Below are positions 48,744 to 61,100 of a stretch of 64,000 nucleotides of DNA, in pieces. Where the stretch lies: the NCBI GenBank assembly GCA_001949185.1, contig BDGG01000001.1:6051591-6115590 (forward strand), read 5' to 3'. The stretch is from Ramazzottius varieornatus. Taxonomy: Eukaryota > Animalia > Tardigrada. The notes beneath the pieces are model-generated. The model did no database searches, had not been told where the DNA came from, and saw only the letters and a program-made list of their open reading frames with translations. A program made the translations under genes and the position numbers. The first letter of the stretch is position 1. Each line of letters begins with the position of its first letter.

Positions 48744-51700
48744 TAGTGATGTTCTAATATGAGATAATGACATCTAATATAATAAAAATAAATATCCGCC
48801 GTCTGCTAAAGTCTTACTAACTCCGAACTACTATAGTAAAACCTCTGCCTGACTTACTAAAATATTACTATAGTAGAAGCTTTGGAGGTTCGTTATTAAA
48901 ATATATTTTAATATCGGAGAGCTCGACAGAAGATCTAAAGAATCAAATCACATCAATCAGGCCAGCAAGAATGCTCCCCAGTATTTGCTCGGACCGTCTA
49001 AAGTGCTTAATCGTCAAGATCGGGCAAGTATTCTGAATTTCGGAGACAGAATTTTTCTTTCGAGATTGTGACCACCTAGTTTGTTTCCCTTCCCCATAGT
49101 CGCCGCCGATACGATAGAGAAGACTCTTTCGGGCGCACTCGAAGCAGCGGGAATGGCCAGGATGTCCAAAGCGAGACGACTCAACAGAGGGAACTTATCA
49201 GCATTCTGTATCCAGAAGACTTCCGGGTTGTCTTCAACGTTGTCGTCGGAGCTGACAGGAAGGCTTACGTAGGTCTGAACTCCCAAGTCAAATGGAGATT
49301 TCTGTTGCGTGACTTCTGAACTTGCATCGATGAAGAAATCCAAGTCGTCAATACCATCTGGATTACTGTTCGCATTCAGTGTAGTCGATTCTGGCAATGT
49401 TTCTGAAAAGCAGCGAGGTGCTACGTTTTTCACCCCCATAGAAACTAGGTATGACATGTGACCGGTATGTGTTTACCTTGCGTGGGCTCCTCATACCACT
49501 CAATGTTTTTCAATGACAGCCATCTCGAAGCAAGACTAGACAGTCGCTGTGGCGATGTAAGTCTCAGTCTCTTATGGAGAAATGTGCTCGCAATGTAGAC
49601 AGCATCGAACTTTGGGTTGCAGTCATCTATCACATATCCCAGCACGCGCGACAGCTCTGAATCCATGGCAAGAATGACCTGAACGACAAACACGATCACC
49701 GTACACCACCATAAGTAAGATAGATTTCGATCGTAGTTTTTAGTAAGATTTCTCGTAGGAAAGTGTATGGCGAGAAAATTAAAGCTTGAAGTGACATACT
49801 ACAGCACATTTTTTTATTTTTCTGAGTTGGCGCTAATTACCTCATCGAATGGGTTCTCAATATGGAAGCTTGAAAAGTCGAGCTTGAGAAGAGCATCGCG
49901 AACTGACTCCAAATGCCTGACTAGTCCGTTCATGTAAAAGTGAACTCGGTGGATGGTCGCTTCCTTATCCGCGCGTTTTTCCGTAACCTGTGAATACTCA
50001 ATACATACGACATCGAACCAAAAATTTCTGACTTCATCAGAAACTATAAAGGGATAGCTCAAAGACTTGCTGACCGTATTAAACTTCTCCCGTAGACGTA
50101 TGATAAATTTCATGATGAGCCATTCACCAGGAGTTGAACCAGGGATCTTCAAGTGACGAGCCATGATCTCTTTCACGGGTTCTCGTACTTCATCAAGTCG
50201 TCGCAGAAAGAGCAGAGTAGAATTCCATCGGGTTGAGACATCTGCGATTAATGTCAGCCCGGTAGCTTTGAGAAGTTCACCCGTGGCTACGTGAGACATT
50301 CGGAAAGTCTTGACTATAATTCTGGCTTTCTTGATGGTCGGCTTCAGCTTTTCATCCTTCTCGAATGCTCGAACCGCGGTCTGCAGTCGATGGATGGTAC
50401 AACTGTGACGCTTGATTCTGCAACAGAAAATAATTCACACTGATGTGCGGTTGACCGTAATGCTCGAAAAGCAGAAGATTCATTTATTCCATATGGACGT
50501 GATGTGGAAGCTCGGCAAAAAAACTGGACAAAAAGGTCTTCTTGTGTTGCGCAGTTTGACAGTGTTATCGCCTGAAAGCGTGCGCCACTCGAAGATCCAT
50601 CTTGTCAATTTTTGTTTGCCTAGGAATTATATATGGACAAAGCGCAGTAAAAGAAAATTACCTTCCGTCGAACTCGGTCTCGCATTCACCCTCGAGCCTT
50701 ATGTACTCATTGACCTCTTGCTGCGTGTTCGCGTCTTCCATTTCAGCTGAAACTACGCTCAGCTGTGCTTCTTCCTCCTCTGACTCGTCAGGATTTACCG
50801 GACTATTCGACTGAACGAGGGCTTTGAAAGCGGCCACCATGTTTGAACCGTTGTCTGTCACTACGGCGGATATCTTGTACGATGGAATCTCCCACCCAGC
50901 CAAAACCTCCATCGTAAGCTTGAATAATCGAGCGGCACTGTGTGGACTCGGAAAAGTGCGACATGCCAGGGTCATCCTTCGCATCGTCTTCGTGAGATGA
51001 ACATACATCCGCGCTGTTACCGCCAGCTTCGACTCAGACATTCCGTGTTTAGTCCAGATGTCTATAAATAAATAACACTAAACGTCAATCTCAGTCAAAA
51101 TAGTAATTGCAAAAGATTAAAATTAATTGTCATGTCAGTGAGAAATTTGGACGACATCATTCTTCCAGCTGGCACACACTTTCAGCCAAAAAAACCGCAG
51201 CTGGCGCCACTTGGGACAACAGTTAATGTCATTACGTCTGCTCGTCATAATGGCGCAGACTTTCAGCAAATAACAGTAAAAATGTGCGCCACGTAACGAA
51301 TAATCTTGCAAATTTGTTTGTGGCCGTGCTAATTCCGATTCACCTGTAGAGAGAGATATCTTGGTGACACGACAAAGCACTGCCTTCATGTTACCAAGCT
51401 TCTGCTCATAGACCTTATCCATTTCCGTATTCAGGGCTTTCCTTCCAAAAGCAGGGGAACGAGGATCATGCTTCACCAAAGCACGTTGGGTAGCCGGATT
51501 CGCGCATAAGGATAGAGTCGCCGTTGTCCGTAAAACCCACAAGACCCGTTCGCGCAGGATCGTTCGATATGAACAGTCAGAAAGCACAAATAATTAGCCT
51601 GAAGTAGATCGACGGAGAGAGCAGAAAGAAACAGCAACAAGCAACAGCAAAGCCCGACTTACCTCAGACTTCTCTGCTCGAACGGGTTTGATGATTCAAA

Positions 51701-52690
51701 TTTCAGCTTGGACTGGATCATGGCAATGCCTGTGGCTGGCTTGTCCTGCTTCTTCTTCTTGAGGTCTTTACGAAGCTTTTCCTGCTCTTCATACTTGGCA
51801 AATGCGTCGGGATGACGGTTCTTCAGATGGGACACAGCGTTTCCGGTGTTGCCAGCAGGCTTCGCTTCATGGTTACAGGATTTACATGTTGACGTACCCG
51901 TCTCAGCATCCTCAGTATAGTACTGTCATACTGCAAAAGCTTTCTTTTGACCACCGGGTTGTTTACGCTTTTGGGAAAATCGACTGGAAGACGATGTCGA
52001 AGGCGGTCGAGACGACTCATCTTCGGAGTCTGAACCGTCGTCGGTTTCCGCAATGTCGATTACTGGTGGGCTTGCTGCTATTGCAGCTGCTACAGGAACT
52101 TTTCCTCTTTCCGGTGGTAGCTTCTTCTTTGCGCCTTTTATAGGCTTTGTCCGCGACGGTGGTCTCATGACCCTCTGACAATCTAGCAGTTCTTTGCAAA
52201 TAAGAGGAGGACAGACAAACAATGTGTCGAAGGCAGTAGACCAGTAGCAACTCCTGTAGTACAGCTTGCATCCTGCACCTACACTCTCTAACATGGCCGG
52301 TTAAAGTGTCGCACCGTATGCAGCTGCATGATATTCTACGGTATTCATTCGCAATTTCGCAGTACGGCAGTAGCCCCAATTGTGCCGCTGTAGAGGCATC
52401 GGTATGGTGTGGCGCACTTTATAGGGCGTGGTCGCACATTAAGCAACCAGCGCACAGGCAGTGTTTTGAACCAGCGGTGCCGTTAACCGGATAGTAAAAT
52501 ATATTTTACTGCAGATAATGAACAGCTTAATAATAATAAAATATCGCACTTCTACTTTCAAGCTACTAAAATATTAATATCGGGTTCCGGAGCCTAAACC
52601 TGTTTACTAAATGTTACTAAATATAGTAGATGCTCAAACCATCTACTATCATCTACTTTAATATAATATTACTATGTTAGAACATCACTA
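48744..52690 (-). mobile_element. hAT superfamily DNA transposon (3947 bp)
   Basis: 14-bp TIR TAGTGATGTTCTAA / TTAGAACATCACTA, AT-rich subterminal repeats, internal transposase; no matching TSD. Confidence 0.92.
49014..52168 (-). pseudogene. Spliced hAT (ZBED-like) transposase with a nonsense mutation in the BED finger
   Basis: AV*QYY...CKSC...HLKNRH (TGA at 51926-51928 in place of the conserved W); SLST|DIWT, VVTDNGSNM, CTIHRLQ, TRWNST, dimerisation domain FW...FPLLSRLALDILAIPAASSAPERVFS; GT-AG introns between these segments. Confidence 0.9.
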
Positions 52691-53701
52691 CGCAAAAGCC
52701 CAAGAAATTTTCCAGGTTTACTGTTTTGACCGCTGCTCTTCGCCTGGCTGGATAAGAATTCATGCTGCATGCAAGAAAACAGCAGGTTGAATGTAATTTC
52801 GAATGCAGACAAAAGTTTCAGTCAGAAAGCTTTTTCCGGTAAGTCAGCCAGTTGCAAGTTTTGCGCAAGAAAAAACAAAAGTTTCAAGAGAAACAGAGTA
52901 TTTTGCAAGGCTCCTCGGCGATCCATCGTTTCCAAACTTGGAATGCTGTCGTACGACAGGTCACCAATGTAACCCCACATAACATAAAAAGAATCGGTCG
53001 AAGCCATGAGACAGCAAAAATCGGAATTCGAATACCTCACTAAACTTGCACATCTCAGATAACGCTGCGCACCACCTTTTTTGTGAACTAGTTGAACCAG
53101 AAGACGAGAAATTTTAACTTCTGGTTCAACTAATCCTGTAGTATGCAGTTTGAACAGCGCAGATTGTTCCTTTACAGTTGCTTTACTGCTGTCGAAAGTT
53201 AAGCCAGAGAATGTTCTTTGCAAACACAACCTTTGTCATCTAGTCCATCTCGGCCAGTACTGCGTAATTTTAACTTTCAAGTTCATCCTGAATCCGGCTG
53301 GGTATTTGTCACTGGTGTGCTTATTTCCGTTTGAGCGCTGAACGACTGGCAACATAAAAAATTTTTATCGCGAAAAATTTCACCGCTACATCGGTATGTA
53401 GTAGGGAGGATCGGGTTCTGTTGACGTTTCGTGGATCTTAATGTTGGAGCACACACCGAACGGTCTGCCGGTGGCGCTGATCGGCTGACGACAAGTGCAG
53501 ATGCTGGGCTGGAGGTGCGTTGGACACAGTGGTACCGTGTGTGGTGGTGGTGATGGTGCTAGGCCTCATGCAGAAGTCTAAAGTTAAAATTTCAAGTGGT
53601 GGCATCAGTACCGATATAAATGCACCCAAAATGACTTCTCGAAAACAGCTTCCAGTCATGCGTAGATTGATGAATTGATAGAACTCTACACACGGCAAAT
53701 A

Positions 53702-53817
53702 CTGTAATGCTTCATGAACTTCGCGAATTACGCCACAGTGAGCGTGTGCTGTATGCGTCATTATACCCCTAAACCCTACGCGCACTATGACGTCACTTTG
53801 CGAAGTTCATGAAACAG
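53702..53817. mobile_element. CTGTAATGCTTCATG MITE copy with a different internal sequence
   Basis: TA|CTGTAATGCTTCATGAACTTCGC...GCGAAGTTCATGAAACAG|TA. Confidence 0.8.
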
Positions 53818-54349
53818 TAGAGTAATCAATTGTGGAAGTCAGTCAAGTGGTAATGAATAAATGAAATATTTTTGAATCGGCTCAAGTTGATTGAATTTTC
53901 GGTTAGCACAAGCCTGTCAGTGTGCGAAAAGTTTGTTGGTAATCCTGAGCCGGGTCAGAGTCAGGCGAACGAAGTTTCGCACTGTACGGCCTGATATGGA
54001 TGGACGTCACGCCGGTCTGCCCAGGTCGAGTCGTGTTTTCTTAGTGTACGAGAGCTGCATGGCTTAGCACATCGGTTTAGAAATTTTTCCTCGTTTCTGG
54101 ACGTTTCTCCTGGCTTTCCTTTCCATCGACTGTTCTAGGTTGTCTTATCGCACTTCGGTGGATTCGCAGAGAAGGCAAGTTAGCGACTTTGGTGCCCTTT
54201 CGCAGGTCATCTTAACTTTCTAAAACGGCCAAGTTGACCCGCCTCGCGAACTAAGAACTATGGCCGTAAAAGAATCCATAAAAAATGTTGGATGGGTTGG
54301 CCAGGAGGCTAAAAGTACCACCCATCGGTAGATGAAACAAAGCTTAGTG

Positions 54350-54760
54350 CGCAAATATCGATATATTTTCGCGCCATATCGATATATTTTCGATATATCG
54401 GTAATTTCCTGAATGGCAAACTCGCCAGTGATATCTCGTTTACGGAAGACCATGGTTGATTTCAAAAACTTGATTTTGGCCATGGTGTACCGAGCACACT
54501 CCACCCATTCGGTTCTGGTACTAATTCTGCCCAGGTTTCCATGTGTTTGATGTCTTGGTGTAATCATGTCTCTGCTGCATCCCACGCTTTCGATCTCATT
54601 AATACTTTATGTGAGAATCGGCTACCTGAGTTTTTGGGCTTAAACCAGTGGAATTCAGAAAAACTAAAATTCCAGAAATATCGATACATTGCTGCGATAT
54701 ACGATATATCGAAAATACGGTATCGGACAAATATCGTTTCGTAATATCGATATCGAATGA
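54350..54760. mobile_element. MITE-like element with ATATCGATAT repeats
   Basis: Motif clusters at 54355-54400 and 54678-54757. Confidence 0.45.
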
Positions 54761-55491
54761 TAGCCATTCTGACCGGTTTTTGAACGTAACTACCTGTACA
54801 CGCGCCTACTTCTGGGCATGAACACAAATGTGGGCCACGGAGCGAAAGCGGCGCTGCTCCGATTGATTTAATGGATTGGTCAACCCCGGCTGGCCCGTGC
54901 CGTCTTTGTTCCGTGGCCCACAGTTTTGTCCATGCTCACATTTGGGCCATGCGCGTGTACAGTATGAAGTGGACTGTTAACTTTAATCTCGTAAAGGATA
55001 ACTATACAAAAACTTCGCTGATACAAAAACTTCGCTGAGATGTTAAGACAGGCACGCAGTGAAGTCTGCAAATAATGCGCGGAAAATGCGGCGTTGCTCA
55101 AGTGTGGAGTATCTGGATGGAATATGGGCAAAAAAATCATAATCTGAACAAATGACTATACTACTATGCTTTAGATCGAAAGTTAGCGTCATTAGTCACG
55201 TCGACAATCTCCAGTTCGACAGTTTGACATGTATAAAGAACCTGGGACTTTTGAAATTCGCATAATGCTCACGATCAAGAATGATTCGTCGATTACAAAT
55301 CTCCGACGGGCGAAATTAAAAGAAGGACCGGATGCTTCAGTGCGATTAAACTGTGCCTCACGGATTCACAACTTATTACGGTTGTTAATTATGTGCGTAT
55401 CAAATAGGCTTCTGGTATACATAAAGGGAGGACAAAATATTTTGCAGTATTCTGTGGCGTGGTTCTGTCAAGGTACATTAGCTGCCTAAAC

Positions 55492-56085
55492 ATGTGCCGG
55501 TTTTTCCTCTTTGTTGTAATTTTTGATAGTGTTTTTCACGGACAATGTTGTACGTACCGGATTGCAGAAATAAATTGCAATAGTGCAGTTGTTCACTCCG
55601 GCAAAGTTTATGCAATAGGAGGATACGTGGAGACAGAGCAGGTATGCGATAGACGGACCAAGCGGGAGTTTTCAGGACCCATCCACCATAATCTCGACTC
55701 TTACCACATTGTTATTTGGGATCGTCAGTCACTCAAGTCCAGGGTCGTTTTGCCTTTGTCATCCGGAGACGGTCTAACAAGTCAGGTCCCGTATGACCAA
55801 GATGCGTTTCTACTTCACGGTATATACGACAAGACTGATATTTTGCAATGTCCTGGTGGGCTTAACTACAGTGTGGGCTCTTGTCGACAGCTTCTACCTT
55901 CCCGAAACTTTATGGGAACTGTGGCTCTGTATAAAGGAGCTAAGTTTGTTCCTGTGGGTGATCGCACTGTACACCGCCCATTTGACGCTGAAGCAGACCT
56001 GCAAAACGAAAAGCTCGTCGAGTTTGTTCCTTTTTTTGTGGACCATGCGAGAATGCCACTGATGGATTCACCTTCGGCGAGGTAG
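55492..56085 (+). CDS. Uncharacterised secreted-type ORF with one kelch-like motif (possibly first exon of a decayed gene)
   Basis: Signal-peptide-like MCRFFLFVVIFDSVFHG; SAVVHSGKVYAIGG; TATA-like TACATAAAG at 55418. Confidence 0.45.
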   Translation: MCRFFLFVVIFDSVFHGQCCTYRIAEINCNSAVVHSGKVYAIGGYVETEQVCDRRTKREFSGPIHHNLDSYHIVIWDRQSLKSRVVLPLSSGDGLTSQVPYDQDAFLLHGIYDKTDILQCPGGLNYSVGSCRQLLPSRNFMGTVALYKGAKFVPVGDRTVHRPFDAEADLQNEKLVEFVPFFVDHARMPLMDSPSAR

Positions 56086-56704
56086 CTAAAATAAACTAAG
56101 TTGGATCAGATGCACTAAAGACTCGAAGGATTATTGGTGCCTGCGTTCATTTCAAGGTAACGTGGAAGATGTACGACTCTTCCATGTCACGCTTTGACAA
56201 GGGTTCAGAAACCATGTTTGAGTATGGGGTGCCAACACCAGGCTCTCCTAACATTTCAGTCATATTCAGCATAAATTGTGATGTTCACTCCCTCGGGCTG
56301 CCCCGTCAGAATTTATGAGAAACGGGACTGAACATCTGTGCGATTGCCAAAAACTTCTTGTAGTTACTTCAAGATACGAAGGTGGCAAACGTTGGAATAG
56401 CTACGGATCTCGAGTCTGGATGGTTGAGAACTTGTACCAGTTCGGTTTTCCAGACTAGATATCTGTAGTTTTTTCAACGTCTGCCAACTCCTTATCTTGA
56501 GGTAACTCCAATAGTTTCTCGGCAGTCACCTAGATGGACAGTCCCATCAGTCGACAGTATTTTTCTGCATCCAGTGAGTTTCGCCTTTTACAGCATGGAT
56601 GACCGAGCTGGATGCTGGATGCTGGATGCAGTAAAATATTTTTTGACGACCGATGGGATTGCTGAACGATGCGCGTGCCGAAAGTCTGTGGACTTCTGTC
56701 CAAC

Positions 56705-56811
56705 CGTGAGTTTGACATATATCCCAGTACTCGGGAATCTGACCTGTGTTTTGTGGGTCCTTCATTTCTGAAAGATAGATCCCGAGTACGGGGATATATG
56801 CTATACTCACG
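56705..56811. repeat. Fold-back with ~35-bp arms (tiny MITE or hairpin)
   Basis: CGTGAGTTTGACATATATCCCAGTACTCGGGAATCT matches the reverse complement of 56777-56811. Confidence 0.75.
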
Positions 56812-57829
56812 TCCAGATAGAACTCTACAGACTTTCCGGCACGCGCACTGATCAATAGTCCCATCAGTTGTCGGTATTATACTGCGTGGGACCTACCAGG
56901 CTAACAACGCCAAAATATATCCTGCCCGGGCCAACTTGCTACCACCTGGACTTTTCACGTTAAAAAATTCGCAGTGCATCGTTTCCGCGCACTCGTTCAC
57001 GATGTCCAGAAAACTTTTCAAGCTGTTTCGATTAGCACAGAACTCCTGTGCTTACACTAAGAAATAGCTTTGAAATTCTGTCTGATACGACCGAAGGTGG
57101 GTAGGACATGTCACTGCTACTGAAATACAGTTTCCAGAATTCTCGGTGCGAGCTACGATCCCCAGTCTGAGGACAGTACACCTATGATTATCTGAGTTGT
57201 CAGTAAAAATCAGAAACGGCCATAGGGACATCGAACTAGCTCGGCAAATGAATTGAAACTAGGGAACTCCGCCACTTTGCCGGAAAAACCGTTTTGCGGG
57301 CAAATTTGTAGCTCCGGTTGCGAACGACGGATTCATGTTTTCGACACACTTTTCTGTAGCTCAGACCTAGTTCTAATTTTTCTCGACAGCAAAACCGCAG
57401 GAGGTCTGTAAGAAACCGAAAAAATAATTTTCAAAAACGGTTGCAATAACTGTCAATGTTGATGCATTCTTCGCCTCGCTCCTTTTTTCAGTACTATGTC
57501 GATTCCGACAGATTATCTAGCGAGTAATTTTTGGTGAGATGGCAAACAGTATGTTGAATCAAGGAAAACTAGGTTGGAAGCTGGACGATGATCGGGTCGA
57601 GAACACTTCAACTTTATGTGTGGTAGCAAGTTGGCCTGGGCGGGCTTGTACTTGGGTTCCCTGGATGCAGCAAAAGTACCCAAGAAGTTGGATGGGTGTC
57701 ACATAGCTTTCCCTTACAAATACGCGGCGAAGTACCTTCATTGCATGCGTTAAAGTATGCAATGAAAGTATTTCGCCGCTTTTCATCATAATGCCTGACA
57801 CCGCGACAACTTAAACGATTTGTTTTTAG

Positions 57830-58152
57830 TTGTCGACCTGGCCACCGTGACGACGGTCGCAATGACCACGAGCGGGTCGTCCACCACTCTACCGACCAAC
57901 AGAACACCTATCCCCGAGGTTCCTGCCACCACCCCATCCCAACAGGATCCCGGAGGACTCACGCCAGGTCAGATTGCCCTGATTGTGATCGGGGCCTTGT
58001 TGGTTTTCGGTTTGGGCGGACTCGTTTGGTTGTTCGGTGTCCGTCGTGGCACGTCTGGGCGGGAGCGACGCAAGTCCCACTGCTCGGACGCGTCCGATAT
58101 GGACATCCTTCGCATGGAGGAGCTCCGAAATGTGGCTAAAAACCACAAGTAA
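57830..58152 (+). CDS. Terminal exon of a type I membrane protein (Thr/Pro stalk, TM, short tail)
   Basis: Acceptor TTTTTAG; TVTTVAMTTSGSSTTLPT...GLTPGQIALIVIGALLVFGLGGLVWLFGVRR; T-rich 3'UTR. Confidence 0.65.
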
Positions 58153-61100
58153 GGCGTCCAGCGGGCCAGAGACCCTCCTGCTTTTTCTTTTCCTTCTGCT
58201 GTCTCCTTCTTTCTTCTTTCTTTTGTTAGTTTCCAGTCTTACCTATTTTTCTGTCTTATCTCTTAATGTTTTATACTTTCTACGTTTCTATGATCATCTA
58301 ACTCTTCATTAGGCTCAGTTTACAGTGAAACTGCGTGACCACCACCTGTGACATTGACAAATAGAAACCAAGGTACTTTTATATGACGCTCCATATAGAA
58401 TTAGCCTGATTTCTTCTTTTTGCGTACCATACTGCTTTTTTCGTTTTTTTTCAGCCTCGTGAGGCTCCTTCACAATTTTCGTCAGCCTCGAGGCTCAAAA
58501 CCACGGTTTTCCCAGCCTCACAGGCTGATCAGCCTTACCCATCCGCGGGACCTCCACGCGCTCCTGCTCCGACTCACTTTCAAGTTCAGAATTAGACTGG
58601 ATAGCCGTGAATCGCTTGCGCGACCATTCGTTGTTTTATGACAACGCAGAATTCGATTTGTAAACAAGGGATAGATAACTGCCACTGTTCCGAAGATCCA
58701 TAGTTTGAGAACAGCAAACCGTCTTTTTGTGCCATATGCAGCTGCGTTGCCCTTGACTTACTTGACGCTGCAGACTGCGCTGCGCTGCACAAAAGTGTCA
58801 AAATGCACGGTGCAACTGCACTGTCGCGCAGCGCAGCCATAGCGCAGTACAATGTACGCGGCCAGATCCCGGTCTCTAGCAGACAATATTTACGGCAAAC
58901 CCTGTCCTTGTTGCCGGTGAGTACCCACTTGGTGAGTTGCCACCTGGGAAACTAAACAAACTTGGCAAGATCGTTTGCCCAACTGGCGCACGCTCTCAGT
59001 CAATATTGATAACAATGAAGATGTACGCCACTCGGAAAACATGCAGACATGAACCGATCGTTTTCCCAACTGGCGCACGTTAGAGTTAGAAGAGCGGTGG
59101 TAAGTTTACCAAAAACGGCTCAATATCCATTCGATTAATTTACACCTTCTGAAAAATTAAATAAAGTTAATTAAACTAATTTTTTAACTTGGTTTTGTTT
59201 GATCGTGTTTCGCTTATTGGATGTAAGTTGTCTGATGTGTCCGTTCATTCAGGCTGGAACGTTTGTTGACACAAAGCTTGCTCAGGAGAAGGCGCAATCG
59301 CCGCGTTCACCGTCGAAGCTTCAGAGCGATAACCGGTTTCTGAATGAACTTTCGTACAGTATCGATCGACGGAACACCAGTCCTGAAAGAGAGCGCTCAG
59401 TTTCTCTGGCTCTACTTACAGTCTCTCTAGCTGAAGCTGTTGATGTCTCAAGAGGATCCTTCGACGGATCAGGCACCCAAGTCACCAAATACGGGACTTC
59501 CTCCTTCGACAGGACGCAAAGAGAGCATGGCGTCACTTTGAGCTCGTCCTCGGTCAGTAGTACAGCCGCGGTACGTGGTTCGATTCATCGTACATCGCCT
59601 CTGTTCGGCGAGGTTCAGCGATGACCGACGGTGGGGATTCGCAGAATACGAGTGGTACCTTAATCCACGGACAAGACAGCGCTTCACAGGTCCGTTTACC
59701 GTGATAGCACAGCTCTTTACTTTAGGTGCGCAGTTTCTAAACACCGTGACGACGTCGAGTAAGCGAACTGCACCGAAAGTGAGCCGTAGGCGAGCCTGAC
59801 GTTAGGGCCGGTGATCGGTACTCAGACAGTATGGTCTGGGATCATTTTCTTTCTTCCGACCGATAACAACTCTCCCCACAAGCATGAAAGTCCGCCACAA
59901 ACTTTCGGCACGTCGACCACAATGTTTCGACGAACCCGAAGAGAGTGATGACAAAGACTGAGGGTACCCGTGCAAGCGTAAAGTTTGTTCAGGGCAAACC
60001 ACGATTCTTCGTGTTTGTTTCAGGCTTTAGCAAGCATGGAACATCTTGTCGTCCGTTGCGCCTCAAAGAAGAAAAAGAAGAAGAAGGAGACAACGAGTGG
60101 GAACGTTCCGGATACAGTACGTCGACTTTGGCTGTTTCGTGTATCGTTACGTGGGCCGCATATTCTTATTCCGTCTCCAACATGGGTGGAAAGGCTTTTC
60201 ATGCGGCAAAGTCGCCGCATGAAAAGCAACATTTTCTGTATCAACAGGAAACAGGATGTCTTCCAATGAAGTTCAAGGTACGTGAAGTACAGCACAAACT
60301 TTTCTGCCTATCAGTGTCAGTTTCCTGTTTTGTTTAGTGCTAGTGAATTGAAAGTACTTCGGTCCAACCCAAGCATCCTTGGAGCTGTTTCGGAAGTGAC
60401 CCCACTGCAGCTTTCCGCTATTCTATCGAAATAGCAGTTCGGACGCCAAAGAATACGGGTAAGTTCCCATTCCGCACCTGGTCGATTTTTAGGGTCGAAC
60501 AGATTCACGTTGTACCGATCGAACGACTGGTCTGTTTAGCAGGTCCTTACGTGTCCGCGTCGGACAAACGCGACAAGTTTGGCTCGAACAGCGTAGGGAA
60601 GTCCCCCGTGTCTCCGGCGACAACGTGGTCAGCCCACCGAACTGAGAGCAGCAAGCCTCAGCCAAGTCGGTCTCCTTTCAGTAAGTCCGTTTAATTTTGG
60701 AACTGCCTGCTGTAATTCTGATTCGAATATTCGAACCTGGTCTCCTTATTGCAGGCACCTTGTCACCTTACCGGAAGCAAGCCCTTCAAGAGACCAAGGA
60801 ATGTTTTAACAAGGGAAAACCTGGAAAGGAGCAACTTTTCCCGCAGAGCGGACGTTTTGTGGTTACCGCGAGATCAAAGTCTTTTTTCAAGCAGCTCCAC
60901 TTGGAGCAGTCTTCTGTTTGGAACCTATGATAAAGCTCTCTCGTTCTTCACCGGTCAGCACTTCGGTCTGAAGGCGGCTTTGGACGTCGACGTGGTTAAC
61001 AATATCCCCGGTAAGGTTTCTGCAGTTTTGTTTCACCCAAACGGTGCTGCGATGTGACCCGTGTATTTTCTCTTTGCAGCAGAGATTTCCATTCAGCGTA

